Assembly: GCF_004010195.1 (NCBI RefSeq) | Contig: NC_057730.1 | Span: forward strand, 32,334,271-32,398,270 | Source: Chiloscyllium plagiosum | Taxonomy: Eukaryota | Reading direction: 5' to 3' | Length of the DNA: 64,000 bases | In this document: piece after piece, positions 1 through 11,258 of the stretch | Layout: every line of letters begins with the position of its first letter | How positions within the stretch are numbered: position 1 is the stretch's first letter | Translations under genes and position numbers: made by a program | Notes under the pieces: generated by a model | The model's database searches: none | Told to the model about the DNA's origin: nothing | The model's input: only the letters and a program-made list of their open reading frames with translations

Positions 1-103
1 CATGCCCGAAACGTCGATTCTCCTGCTCCTTGGATGCTGCCTGACCTGCTGCGCTTTTCCAGCAACACATTTTCAGCTCTGATCTGCAGTCCTCACTTTC
101 TCC
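1..103 (+). mobile_element. Penelope-like element 3' terminal (pLTR) fragment
   Basis: Same sequence as the tail of the RT-bearing element at 44227-45793 (GCCCGAAACGTCGATTCTCCTGCTCC...GTCCTCACTTTCTCC). Confidence 0.8.
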
Positions 104-329
104 ACAAACGGTTTTTTGACCGACACGAACATCATGGGCCGAAGGGCCTCTTTTTATGCTGTTAAAAAACTATTTACTACGACACTGGGGTCAGGTCTCA
201 GGTTGAATGTCGCGTGGAGATCTGGAACTAGAGCTTTACTGAGCCCAAGCCTATTTTCTTTATTAACTACTCATATGTGAATATCAATATGTTATAATCT
301 GCCACCCTGCAGCTCCTCTGCCTCACTAC

Positions 330-483
330 CTGTGGGGCTCGGCCCAAACCGCAGCCTCACCCTGCCCTCTGGCCGCTCGCCACTCCCGGCCCTTCCACAC
401 AGGCCGGATCTCCAGCCTTCAGCCAGACCGAAAGGGACATACTGAAGCCGAAGCAGCCGAGGCCTCAGGGTTAACAACACCAT
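330..483 (-). CDS. EARS2: Mitochondrial glutamyl-tRNA synthetase, coding exon 1 (gene continues left of the window)
   Basis: ATG at 483-481 (CAAAATGG). Encodes MVLLTLRPRLLRLQYVPFGLAEGWRSGLCGRAGSGERPEGRVRLRFGPSPT-G: an Arg/Leu-rich presequence followed by the GluRS RF(A/G)PSPTG motif that precedes the HIGH-type motif. Phase-1 donor CAG|GTAGTG at 329. UBFD1, the human neighbour, is in the same window. Confidence 0.9.
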
Positions 484-802
484 TTTGGCGCAGGCGCCGC
501 TTCGGGACTGACTGAAGGGGAACAACTTCCTGTCTGTCCTTTCATTCTGAGGGCGTGGCTTCCGACCGTCAATCAATCACCAAGCCCCGCCTCGCGCAGG
601 CGCCGCTTCGGGACTGACTGAAGGGGAACAACTTCCTGTCTGTCCTTTCATTCCGAGGGCGTGGCTTCCGACCGTCAATCAATCACCAAGCCCCGCCTCG
701 CGCAGGCGCCGCTTCGGGACTGACTGAAGGAACAACTTCCGGTCTGTCCTGTCATTCGGAGGGCGTGGCTTCCGACTGTCAATCAATTCCGCCCCGCGCA
801 GG
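484..802 (-). promoter_or_regulatory. EARS2 promoter: NRF1-like, ETS/GABP, GC-box and PBX/PKNOX-like motifs in each repeat unit
   Basis: Each unit has GCGCAGGCGC (NRF1-like), ACTTCCTG or ACTTCCGG (ETS), GGGCGTGGC and GCCCCGCC-type GC boxes, and GTCAATCA (TGATTGAC). CpG-rich against an AT-rich background. Confidence 0.7.
488..802. repeat. Tandem triplication of a ~106-bp CpG-rich unit immediately upstream of the EARS2 ATG
   Basis: Unit start GCGCAGGCGCCGCTTCGGGACTGACTGAAGG recurs at 488, 594 and 700, with a GCGCAGG remnant at 796. Copies 1 and 2 differ by about one base; copy 3 is more diverged. Confidence 0.95.
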
Positions 803-1007
803 TGTGAGTCTGAGATTGATGGATGGAGAAAGAGGATGGGAGATTTGGAGAGATATAGAGAGAGTGTGTGTATCTCTCTGTCATGGTCGGAAAGACAGAG
901 AAGCTGAAAGAGAAATATCCTAGCAAGCGAAGGCGGCAACGAGAAACAAGAACAGTCAGTTACTGTGGCAGCCATAACTTTAACCTACAAAGAGACTATC
1001 AGCCACA

Positions 1008-1325
1008 AAGTTTGTGAGAAGATTTGTAGCTCGGGTGCTCGTTGTTGTGGTTCTGTTCGCCGAGCTGGGAATTTGTGTTGCAGACGTTTCGTCCCTGTCT
1101 AGGTGGCATCCTCAGTGTTTGGGAGCCTCCTGTGAAGCGCTTCTGTGATCTTTCCTCCGGCATTTATAGTGTGTGTGTGTGGCTACTAAGGATAGCTGGT
1201 CGTGTCGTTTCGTGGCTAGTTGGTGTTCATGGATGCGGACCGTTAGCTGTCTTCCTGTTTGTCCTATGTGGTGTTTTGTGCAGTCCTTGCATGGGATTTT
1301 GTACATTACATTGGTTTTGCTCATG
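1008..1325 (-). mobile_element. Penelope-like element fragment (second family): GIY-YIG endonuclease piece plus 3' tail
   Basis: ORF 1112-1336 has NVMYKIPCKDC..HIGQTGRQLTVRIHEH (PLE GIY-YIG). Hammerhead-like core at 1083-1115. Flanked by CTA(T/C)CAGCCACA at 996-1007 and 1326-1337. Confidence 0.85.
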
Positions 1326-1451
1326 CTACCAGCCACAGTCCTTTTGTAGTACTGTATTCCAAACTGGCATTTCTGACTACCATGTCACCAGACTACACAC
1401 AAAAAAAATGCAGAATTTGCTTTGTTTCCTTCTTTGTCCCCCTGTTTGACC

Positions 1452-1646
1452 AGGTGGATGGATGGTTGGTTTGCAATGCAGAGTGAGGCCAACAGCGTAG
1501 GTTCAATTCCTGCACTGGCTGAGGTTATAATCAAGGTTCTTCCTTCTCAACCTCCTCTTGCCTGAGGTGGTGACACTCAGGTTAAGCTGCCACTAGTCAT
1601 CTCTCTTTAATGAGTCTGGTAGGACCAGGGTGACTCTACCTTTACC
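1452..1646 (+). mobile_element. Degenerate tRNA-headed SINE
   Basis: B-box-like GGTTCAATTCC at ~1500; a related degenerate copy lies near 2815-2960. Confidence 0.4.
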
Positions 1647-1676
1647 CCTTTTTGAGACAAAGCATGATGTAGTTTA

Positions 1677-1801
1677 AGAGAAAGTGAGGACTGCAGATGC
1701 TGGAGATCAGAGCTGAAAATGTGTTGCTGGAAAAGCGCAGCAGGTCAGGCAGCATCCAAGGAGCAGGAGAATCGACGTTTCGGGCATGAGCCCTTCTTCA
1801 G
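1677..1801 (-). mobile_element. Short Penelope-like pLTR copy starting at the hammerhead core
   Basis: Reverse complement reads CTGAAGAAGGGCTCATGCCCGAAACGTCGATTCTCC...CTCACTTTCTC. Confidence 0.85.
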
Positions 1802-2104
1802 TTTGAATGATTGGCTGCAAGCTCTTCTATATCATTATTTCAATTTGCTGCACTACAAGGAGAACTACAATCTTTGAGGACAGTCTTTGAGACATTTTAT
1901 TTGTTCTCATCAGGCAGATTGGCCATTTGAGAGTTGGAGCAAGCAGGACCTGGCAGGGAAGACACTCTTCAGCCATTCGGGGACACTGTTGATTTTCCAA
2001 TTTTTCCTGAATGCTTGTGGAACTGGCTTCAAATAGTACACTAATGTTTGTTCAGTGGTCCTCCCATTGGAGGATGCAGTGGAGGCATTGCTAATAGAGT
2101 TTCT

Positions 2105-2323
2105 ATTAGGAGGCTGGAAGAACACAGCAAGCCAGGCAGCATCAGGAAGTGGAGAAGTTGATAGTTTGGGTATAACCCTTCTTCAAGAAGGGTTCATTCC
2201 TGAACAAGGGTTATACACAAAACATCTTTTTTTCCACCTCCTGATGCTACCTGGCTTGCTGTGTTCTTCTAGCCTCCTACTTGTCTATTTTGGATTCCAC
2301 TATCTGCAGTTTTCTTTCTCTAT
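2105..2323. mobile_element. Fold-back Penelope-derived insertion (two inverted pLTR pieces)
   Basis: Arms ~2107-2183 and ~2199-2279 are reverse complements; TAGAGTTTCT is duplicated at 2095-2104 and 2324-2333. Confidence 0.75.
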
Positions 2324-2423
2324 TAGAGTTTCTGTAAATTTCTTATATGTTGCTGATACAAGTCTAGGTCTCACTGTAGTACTGCTCTGTATACTAAATC
2401 TTTGGTTAACTTGGAGATGTCTT

Positions 2424-2542
2424 TGATGAAGAGCTCATGCTTGAAACGTCAACTCTCCTGCTCCTCAGATGCTGCCTGACCGGCTGTGCTTTTCCAGTAC
2501 CACACTTTTCAACTCTGATCTCCAGTCCTCACATCCTCCTAG
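2424..2542 (+). mobile_element. Short Penelope-like pLTR copy
   Basis: TGATGAAGAGCTCATGCTTGAAACGTCAACTCTCCTGCTCC..., a diverged member of the same family. Confidence 0.7.
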
Positions 2543-3099
2543 AGGTCTTTGTTGGACCACCCCATCACTGGTGACCCTTTAAAAGAGGAAGCTTCCAAGG
2601 TACATAAAATGCTACACATCGAAACAGTATACGTCAGTAGTCTGTTTCTCTACAATTACTTTTGAATTCACATCTACCAGACCAATTGCCCTTAAACATT
2701 TTGCTTCTGATGCTCCCTTCTCAAGTAATGAAAATCCATGGACCTCCCATTAGTATTTTCTTCTGCATATAAAAATGAGTTGTACAATCAAAAATTGAAA
2801 AGTATATAATTTCTGGGGATGATTAGCTCAGTTTTTTAGGCAGAGAGTGTGGTTCAGAAAAAAGTAACAGCCAACAATATGGATTGAATTCCTGTTCTGG
2901 TTGAGATATATTCGGAACTGTCTCCTTGCCTGATGTGATAGTTTCTGTTCAAGCTATGTAGCCGATCGACTCTCTTTAATAATGAAAAATGCCTACAATC
3001 CTTATAGACTATGATTATAATTTTGTTTTCCTCACATTGTGAAATTTGATGATGTTGAGCAATAATTCTGTACAAGCATTGACAATATGTGCGAATATC

Positions 3100-4025
3100 A
3101 TGGTCAATGTGGTTTAGTAAATTTGCAGATGCCACTAAAGTTGGTGGAGTTGTGGACAGTGTGGAAGATAAGCTGCAGAGCTGGGCTGGGAAGTGGCAAA
3201 TGGAGTTTAATGCAGAAAAATGTGAGGTGATTCACTTTGGAAGGAGTAACAGGAATACAGAGTACTGGGCTAATGTTAAGATTCTTGGTAGTGTGGATGA
3301 GCTGAAAGATCTCAGTGTCTATGTGCATAGATCCCTGAAAGTTGCCACCAAGGTTGATAGGGTTGTACGTACAGTGCATTTCGAAGCCATGAGATCATGT
3401 TGCAGCTGCACAAATCTCGCGTGTGGCTGCCCTTGGAGTATTGCATACAGTTCTGGTCACTGCATTATACAAAGCATGTGGAAGCATTGGAAAGGGTGCA
3501 GAGGAGATTTACCAGGATGTTGCCTGGTATGGAGGGAAGGTCTTATGAGGAAAGGCTGAAGGACTTGAGGCTGTTTTCTTTAGAGAGAATAAGGTTAAGA
3601 GGTGACTTAATAGAGACATACAAGATAATCAGAGGATTAGATAGGGTGGACAGGGAGAGCCTTATTCCTCAGATAGTGATGGCGAGCACAAAGGGACTAG
3701 ATTGTGTTGAGATATCCGGTCGGCATGGACGAGTTGGACCGAAGGGTCTGTTTCCGTGCTGTACATCTCTATGACTCTATAGCTTCAAATTGAAGGATGA
3801 AAGATATAGGACAGATGTCAGAGGTAGGTTCTTTACTCAGAGAGTAAAAAGGGCGTGGAGTGCCCTGCCTGCTACAGTAGCAGACTTGTCAACTTTAAGG
3901 GCATTTAAATGGTCATTGGATAAATATATCGATGACAATGGAATAGTGTAGATTAGATGGGCTTCAGATTGGTTTCATAGGTTGAGGGCCAAAAGGCTTG
4001 TACTGTGCTGTAATGTCCTATGTTC
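3100..4025 (+). mobile_element. CR1 LINE, 5'-truncated RT C-terminus and 3' UTR, degenerate
   Basis: KFADATK...WQMEFNAEKCEVIHFG and LEYCIQFWS...LERVQRRFTRMLPG...RLRGDLIETYKI in shifted frames. Confidence 0.9.
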
Positions 4026-4829
4026 TCCTGTCTCAGTGTATTGTTTTCATAGGTATCATTGCTGAAAATACAGCTTAACAGAAGTAGGTTGTACTAAATG
4101 GGACCAATTCATTAGAGCATTCACATCCGTAACCCTCATTGTCTTTATACACACAGACTTTTATCCATTGAACTTCATTCTAATATGTGTTGATAATTCA
4201 AATTGAAGTCAGCTTGCGCCATTCATAAAAGAGGGAAGGGATGTGGGGTTGGAGGAGGTGTGGGGAGGGGATGTAAAGAGACATTAATAATAAATTAGGC
4301 TTTGCACAGTCATCCAAAACATTTTTATTGGATCTTTGTTGGAGTGAAACATTTTTAAATTTTGCCAGCAGTTTGTTTCAATGTTGAACATTGTCAATGA
4401 CTGTTTCATAAAAGGAGAGAGATCAGATGTATCACAAGATTGAATGGGGCTAACTGTGATGGCTGTCGGTAGAAGCTGAGGAAGAAGGTCAAGAATAATG
4501 GTGTTTGAAGAGGCCACAGAGCTGTGGATCCCTAAGTAGTCAACGCCCAAGGCTTTTCCCAAAGGTTCTTATTTTAGCTGAGACCATTATGAAATCGGGA
4601 CTGTGTTTCAAAAGCTCTCAAATCACTTAGCTCAACAGAGGAGCTGAGTTCACATCTTAATTTACATTTTAAGAGATGATTACAAAACTGACTGCCTTTG
4701 ATATTATTATTGAATACAGGATTGTTTAGTTTTATGTAAGGTTGAAAGGTTTTCATGAAAGATTTCTTTCTGTATCATATTTATTAGGGCACGTTATTAG
4801 AGAAGATAATTGAATGTGAAAATTTATTG

Positions 4830-5435
4830 CAAGTTCAATTGAATACAAAAGTAGGAAGGTTATGAGTAAATTATTCAGGGCGTTGGTGAGACGAAATGTG
4901 GAATCCTATGCAAAGTATTGGTTACCTTATTTAAGGAATGGTGTAAATGTATGGCAGTTCAGAGAAGGTTTACCAAACTAATATCTGAAATGGGGATGGT
5001 GTCTTATGAGGAAAGGTTGAACAAGCTCAGTTTATATCCAGCAGAGATTAGAAGAGAAAGAGGCAACTTGACCAAAACACATAAAATCCTTAGGGGTCTT
5101 AATAGGTTGGATGTAGAAAGGATTCTCCTCTGAAGGAGAATCAGGAACAAGGAATCAATGTTTAAAGAATTAGGGGTTGTCCATTTAAACCAGAAATGAA
5201 GCTTTCATTTCTCTAAGAGGGTCATTAATCTTTGGAATCTCATGCTAGAATGGTAGTTGAAGCAGAGTTCTTAATTACTTTTAAGGCAGAAGTAGATAGA
5301 TTCTTGTTAAGCAAATGGGGTGAAAGATTATTGGGACAAGAGGGAATGTGGATGAGGTCACAATCAGATCAGCTATGATGCTGTTGATTGATGAATCAGG
5401 CTTGAGCTGCCAAATTGTCTATTCCTGGTCCTTGT
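4830..5435 (+). mobile_element. Old CR1 LINE 3' fragment
   Basis: AVQRRFTKLISEM..SYEERLNKLSLY..RGNL; CR1 C-terminal motifs. Confidence 0.8.
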
Positions 5436-6127
5436 AAATCTGTAAAGACTACATGCTTTAATATTGTTTATTTAAGGACTATGGACTGGAAAAACAAGAT
5501 AATGTTTTAAACAAAGGAGACTGAGTACATAGTTGCAGTTCTAAAAGTTACATTTACTGGAGCACATTGTGAGTTGTACACAGTGTTGCTTTCCCCTAGA
5601 ACAATGACAACAAAAGCGGACACCACAAAGCTGATGGGTTCTGAATTGGGGGAGACAACAATATTTTATTGCCTAATGAACAGATGACCACAGTTTATGG
5701 GGTTCATTGCAGCAGAGAATCATGCAGCCTGAAAAGATAAAGCATCAAAAAATCTCTCTCCTGTGTGAAGGTGCCAGGAGGTCTCCAGTAACAGCTAAAA
5801 TAAAACAGTTAAATAAAACAGCTGGAAATCTGAAACAGAAATTGATGGAGACACTCAGCAAGTCTGGGAGCATCCAGGAACAGCTAAATGGTTTTCAAAT
5901 ACCTTTCACTGCAAATCTCTATTAAAGGAAGAATAAAACACCTTTAGAGACTCAAAAAAAAGGTTAAATTCTCAACCAATAAATGAAGGACAGCATTGGT
6001 GTGCAAAGAACTTTGTCTCATTGGCAAAGAACTGAAAAGAAGACAAAGAGAACAACTGATTGAATCCTGTTGTCTAGACTGGTGCTATCAAACTACATTT
6101 CCTGATTGTTTCACTTTTTACACCCAA

Positions 6128-6650
6128 AATAGGAGCAGGAATAGGCCATTTGATCCCTTAAGCTTCATCCGCCATTCAAAATGATCGCAACTAATTGTCT
6201 ATCTCAAAGTCATACTCCCTTTCTCCGCCCATACCCTTTGACACCTTCAGCTTCTGGAAATGTATCCATTTCTTACTTAACTATATTCAATGACTTCATC
6301 TCCACAACCCTGTGGTACAAAGTTCCACAGGTTCACCACCCTTTGAGTAAGGAAGTTTCTCCACCTTTCCATCAAAATAGCCAACTGTGTATCTTGAGGC
6401 CCTTTGTTCCCCAGCCAAGGGAAACATCATCCTTGTATCCAATCTGTTAAGACCTGTCAGAAGTTTATAAATTTCAATGAGATCCCCCTTCATTTTTCCA
6501 AGCTCCACTGAATACAGGACCAGCTGACAACCTTCTAAGTAAAAACAAATCCTCACTTTGAATCTGTGTGGTTCCACCTTATTTTGAAATTGTGTCCCCG
6601 ATTCTAGATTCCCCAACCATCTTGTCTGCATCTCGCCTGTCTATCTCTTT
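6128..6650 (-). mobile_element. Old CR1 LINE 3' fragments
   Basis: ORF 6296-6631 contains MKGDLIEIYKLLTGLNRLD..MFPL. Confidence 0.7.
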
Positions 6651-7237
6651 AAGTGCGAGTTCTGAGTGATGGTGATGTCGATCACAATGAAGGGTACTAA
6701 GGCCAACAATGAACACTTCTGAAACTGCAGGAAGAGATGGTAATAATTTTTTCTTAGCTATATCAGGTGGTCTGTAGCAATCTTTTTTTTTCTGACCAAC
6801 AGCTGCAGCTTTTTTTTCATGCTAAATGCTCTGGGGATTTAAAAATCTTCAGATCAGAACAGTTAACAGACTTTAACCATCCACGAATCTGTAACTGTAG
6901 ATTAAGGCCTTTGGAACAGCAAAAATGGGGCCTGTTTAAATTCAGCACTAATTTGAAATGGTCTTGCTGAATTCAGGGTTCCAGTGCGTGTGACTCGTTC
7001 CCTGTCACCTTCCTCCTGCAGCAAAAATGGGATTTGCCGGAAATGGGGACAAAACTGCAAAGTCAAGCCAACTCCTCACAAAGTACACGGTCTCCGTTTC
7101 ATGGGAAGGCCCAGAGATCTGTTGCATTTAGCTCAGTTTAAAGCCACTTACACAGTTAAAATCAAGCACAAATAGAAAGAAGGTTGTGGATTTTAACCCA
7201 ACATTTAAAATGTTTCTGTGAAACCCAACCAGTCTCA

Positions 7238-7762
7238 GGTAGGAGAAAGTGAGAACTGCAGATGCTGGAAATCAGAGTCCAGAGTGTGGTGCTGGAAAAG
7301 CACAGCAGGTCAGGCAGCATTTGAGGATTAGGAGAATCGATGTTTCGAGCATAAGCCCTTCATCAGGAATGTGGGCTGGGGCACTGAGAGATAAATGGGG
7401 GTGGGGTGGGGAAGGTAGCTGGGAATGCAACAGGTAGATGAATGTGGGCGAGAAGGTGATAGGTTGGAGAGGAGGGTGGAGCAGATACATGGGAAACATG
7501 GTGGTTAGGTCAAGAGTGTGGGGCCAAGTTGGAGGCTTGGGACTGGGATGAGGTGGGGGGGAGGGGAAATGAGGAAACTGGTGAAATCTACATTAATCCC
7601 ATATATTTGCAGGGTCCACATTCCCTCTTGTCCTCCAGGCATCAGGTGGTTAGGGTTTGGCAATGCAGGAGGCCCAGGACACGTATGTCCTTGGTGGAGT
7701 GGGAGGGGAGTTGAGCCAGGGGGCAGTGGGGTTGGTTGATGCAGGTGTCCCAGAGATGTTCT
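7238..7762 (-). mobile_element. Penelope-like element 3' portion
   Basis: Tail with CTGATGAAGGGCTTATGCTCGAAACATC, plus G-rich upstream sequence resembling 44360-44516. Confidence 0.75.
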
Positions 7763-9080
7763 CATCCTTGTTTGAATTTATTGTAACAAAGCTGGTTTTA
7801 TATCATTTCTTGCTCCAATTTATTATTTAGAGTTGGGCAGTGAAGAATTTTCTCAAAAGTAATGACATACTTATTTTTAAGCCCACGCATATGTCATAAC
7901 ATGTCCAAACAGGTTGATTAAAAATATCTACTCTTATTTCATTCCTTTTCATCCCTGATAGCAATTGAGGATGCATATGAAAACTGCAGGGGCAAAGTTT
8001 CAGAAGTTTGTAGGCACCTACAGATATTTAAGATGTGCTAAGAGGATGATTTGAAAACAAAGATGAGAAGTTTAAAACTGGCCCAGATCAAGTATCTTAA
8101 GTGTGAGGTTTGCATTCTGACTTGTCCTAGAGACAGAAGATAGATAGAATGAATGACTAGCCTTTATAATGATGTGGATTTGTGACTTACACCTGCATCA
8201 AACAATGAGTGACCATTAACTGAAGGGGATCAGCACACATGGGGCTCCTGTCATTCCTGGGAGAGACCAAATGACAGTAACAAACTTGACTATTTAATTG
8301 TGAGCTATTATCAGATACTGTGCTTAAAATCTTTTCGAATCAACCTGTTCAGAGATGTTATTACACACTTCAGAATCTGATGGTATTTGAAACTGGGCAT
8401 GCTAACTTGCTTATATTTTGATTTACAAGGAATTAGCACTTGCTTATAAGCTCTCTGCATTGACAGCAATAATAGCTATTTTATGAGATCAGTCTTTGCA
8501 AGACACAAGAAAGATGCACGGGCATGAAAATAATCTTACAGTATAAAGTAATACTGTTAATCTATTTGAAATTTCCAGTGATATCAGCAGTTTTTATTTT
8601 AGTGCTTGCAGAAACTCTCAGGTTGAGTGACTGATAGCTTATTTCTCCTGTAACACTCGTTCCAGGTCAGTGCTTACCAAACTTCTCCATCCTGTACCTT
8701 GGATCAATTTCAAGGTTTGAAAATTGTCATGACCCCTGAGTAAGAACTGACAGCATGTCAGAGAAGGAGCACATCTCCATAGTGGCCATTGTTACCTCCA
8801 CTTTGGGAAGCCCTGTTGTAAGTTCAACCTGAAAGCACCAACATTGAGGACTGAAGAGTATTAAGGACTGGAAGTGTTGCAGTACATGAACTCCACCACC
8901 AGAGGCATTTACTGATTAAAATTGAACTCCCTCCAGTAGCAAAGAATAACTACTCTAACATACTCATCCACTCCTTGGATCCAAGGGATTTTCCCAAGTC
9001 CTGCAGATTCCAAAGCAGCAGATCCTGGAATTCATTCAGATTTGTGGAAATTCCTTGCCACATCCAGAAAAAAATGACAC

Positions 9081-9233
9081 TCAGAAATCTTGCAAGCCTG
9101 AAGCATTGTCTTCAATTTTCTCCACAATGAAAAAGGAAAGTGTGCCAATAAAACAGAATGTGGTCAGGATAAGGAGCTGTGATGACAGCACCAGATAATT
9201 GCTGTATCCGAAAGCCACTGCAGCAGAAATAGA
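9081..9233 (-). CDS. MFSD11: MFSD11-like transporter, coding exon 13 (last)
   Basis: SISAAVAFGYSNYLVLSSQLLILTTFCFIGTLSFFIVEKIEDNASGLQDF*; acceptor TTTCAG; resembles the MFSD11 C-terminus (SICAAVAFFYSNYL). Probably a paralogue rather than the 1:1 orthologue. Confidence 0.92.
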   Translation of the reverse strand, partial: SISAAVAFGYSNYLVLSSQLLILTTFCFIGTLSFFIVEKIEDNASGLQDF

Positions 9234-10124
9234 CTGAAAGCCAAGCAAAAAGAAAACAGTCACACAGAGCCAGTAACCATTTTCTCCATAAAGCTTCTGT
9301 ACACAAACATATGAAAAGGATCTGCCAAATTCCTCTCTGTCCATATGTGCTGCTGCCATTTCAAATAACCTAGCTAACATGCAAGAGACAGAAAAACCAG
9401 AGGTAATAAATGTGAGAAGAAATTTAAATAACTTGAGTGGAATTCCTTCCCTAATTTGCTAATCTGGGAGTAACCTGGAAACACGAGAGAAGCTACTCCT
9501 GTACCCATTAAAACATGCTTACTCAGAAAGATGTGCAGCTCCTGTTCAGGGAGTGCAGGGAGTCCATAATCAGCATAGTTTCACTCTGTTCCAAAACCGA
9601 ATAACTCTCACTGTCACTGAATACTTATTAACATGGTATCAAACTTCTTGACCAAAACAATTCCCACTTTTTCCTGTTCCTGCCCAGCTGGAAGTACCTT
9701 TCCTTCATCCTTTTAAAAGTCTAGAGCTGGGTTAGTTACTGACCATGGGCCTTTCCAAGGTCTTTGAAGTTACCGTACATGCAGAGGATTAAATGCATTA
9801 TACTATAATTGTACTGGATATTGGGGGTGTACCTTTGCTGTGTGTAACATAATGGTAGCTTTTGCCAACACTGGCAACTGTAAGCAACTACACATGTGCT
9901 CATTGGGGCATGCACAGTTTCAAGCACTGACATCATCATGTAGATTTTACATGTGGCCATGACCCCCTGAAATCTGTGCGTATGCAATTTAAAGCAGCAT
10001 GTAATGCGCAAGCATCAGTGTCAGCAAATGCTGTCTTTTGTAATTAAGTGTGATACACATTACATTGTAAATAAGTACAAAACAGCACCGGGAGGGTACA
10101 TGGGACCCACTATAAACCAACGGG

Positions 10125-10318
10125 AAATTGGCAGGGATCCCAGTTTGAAACAGCAGTGATGAAGGGAGATCTGGGTATAAGTCAGTGGGCAGAGAGTGGG
10201 GATCCCTTTGTAAAACAGCAGGAAGAGAGCAGGGATCTCAATATTAAAAATAAGAAGGTAGTGGGTATCCTGGTATAAAACAGCAGAAGGAGAGCAGCAA
10301 TCCTTGTTAAAAATAATA
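10125..10318. repeat. Degenerate ~32-bp minisatellite
   Basis: Recurrent GGGATCC...AAACAGCAG units in intron 12. Confidence 0.55.
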
Positions 10319-11137
10319 CACCTGTACACTTGGCATACTGTGTACAGCTACTGATGTGTTTGTCTTTTATAACTTTTTTGTGTTTCATATTATCAAGATA
10401 TCTTTTGGAAGAAATAAATTGCAATGATTCTTTAAGTATTTTTAAATTCTACTACACATTCTGGACACAATATCCAATTGGTTCTCACTTGTTTTCTAGT
10501 GAATACCACTGCATTATGGATACTGTGTGTATTGCAGGTCAGCATATGAATGTTGCAGACTGTGTTGTTCGTGGTACATTAAGAACATGGTTATAATACA
10601 TAGGTGAAGGGCAATATTTAATTAAGTGCTATATGTCACTATTTCTGAGCCAGGAAGTGTAGGTTCAAAGGTGTATAATCTCTGTGTGGATTGATTAGGA
10701 AATATCCTTAGAGCACTTCCAAAAAAGCAAGATTGTGCCATATCCACTGTCTGCTCAAGCCTTCCACAAGCAGTGGTACTGTGGGGGCTGGATTGCACAA
10801 TCACTCCTAAAGCACAAATTTAAATTTAAAATTTGCAAGCTTTGTTTTTGGGAGTTTTTTTCCTGTTATGGTGCTCTTTTTAATGGCTGTCTATTGTTTC
10901 ATTTGAATTAATATAAAGAAAGATTGCTTGACAATTTTATTTACGTTACCATTCCCCTTTTAAGGGGCTATTACTAGTTAGTTTTATTTAATTAGTTAAT
11001 TTGATTTTTTTGTTTGTTCATTTATTTGTATTATAAAGGAGACTTGACCCTTGAAGTGATCATTACTTAAATCAATTATTCATTTGTTAATTTCTTAAGT
11101 CACACATGTGTAAAGAGAGATGGCAGAATACTGTTTT

Positions 11138-11258
11138 AGGCAAAAGTGAGGACTGCAGATGCTAGAGATCAGAGTTGAGATTAGAATGGTGCTGGAAAAG
11201 CACAGCAGGTCAAGCAGCATCAGAGGAGCAGGAAAATTGACATTTTGGGCAAAAGCCC
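11138..11258 (-). mobile_element. Penelope-like pLTR tail (left half of a chimeric insertion)
   Basis: AAAGTGAGGACTGCAGATGCTAGAGATCAGAG...TTTTGGGCAAAAGCCC; same family as 1677-1801. Confidence 0.85.

Noticed and set aside
331-348. EARS2 RFGPSPTG instead of the usual RFAPSPTG
   Set aside because: A conservative single substitution; without an alignment I cannot claim it is unusual.
488-802. Possible CRISPR-like array
   Set aside because: Contiguous near-identical units with no unique spacers, in a vertebrate promoter.
484-975. N-terminal extension of ORF 292-576 and ORF 679-975 sharing RKPRP..RTDRKLF
   Set aside because: These are translations of the promoter tandem repeat; ORF 292-576 begins at a non-ATG codon and the credible start is ATG 483.
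7770-8600. Poly(A) site of the MFSD11-like gene
   Set aside because: Several minus-strand AATAAA candidates (8593-8598, 7819-7824, 7777-7782) cannot be ranked without transcript data.
10060-10329. Hydrophobic minus-strand ORF as an extra transporter exon
   Set aside because: It is a degenerate minisatellite; exons 12 and 13 join in frame without it.
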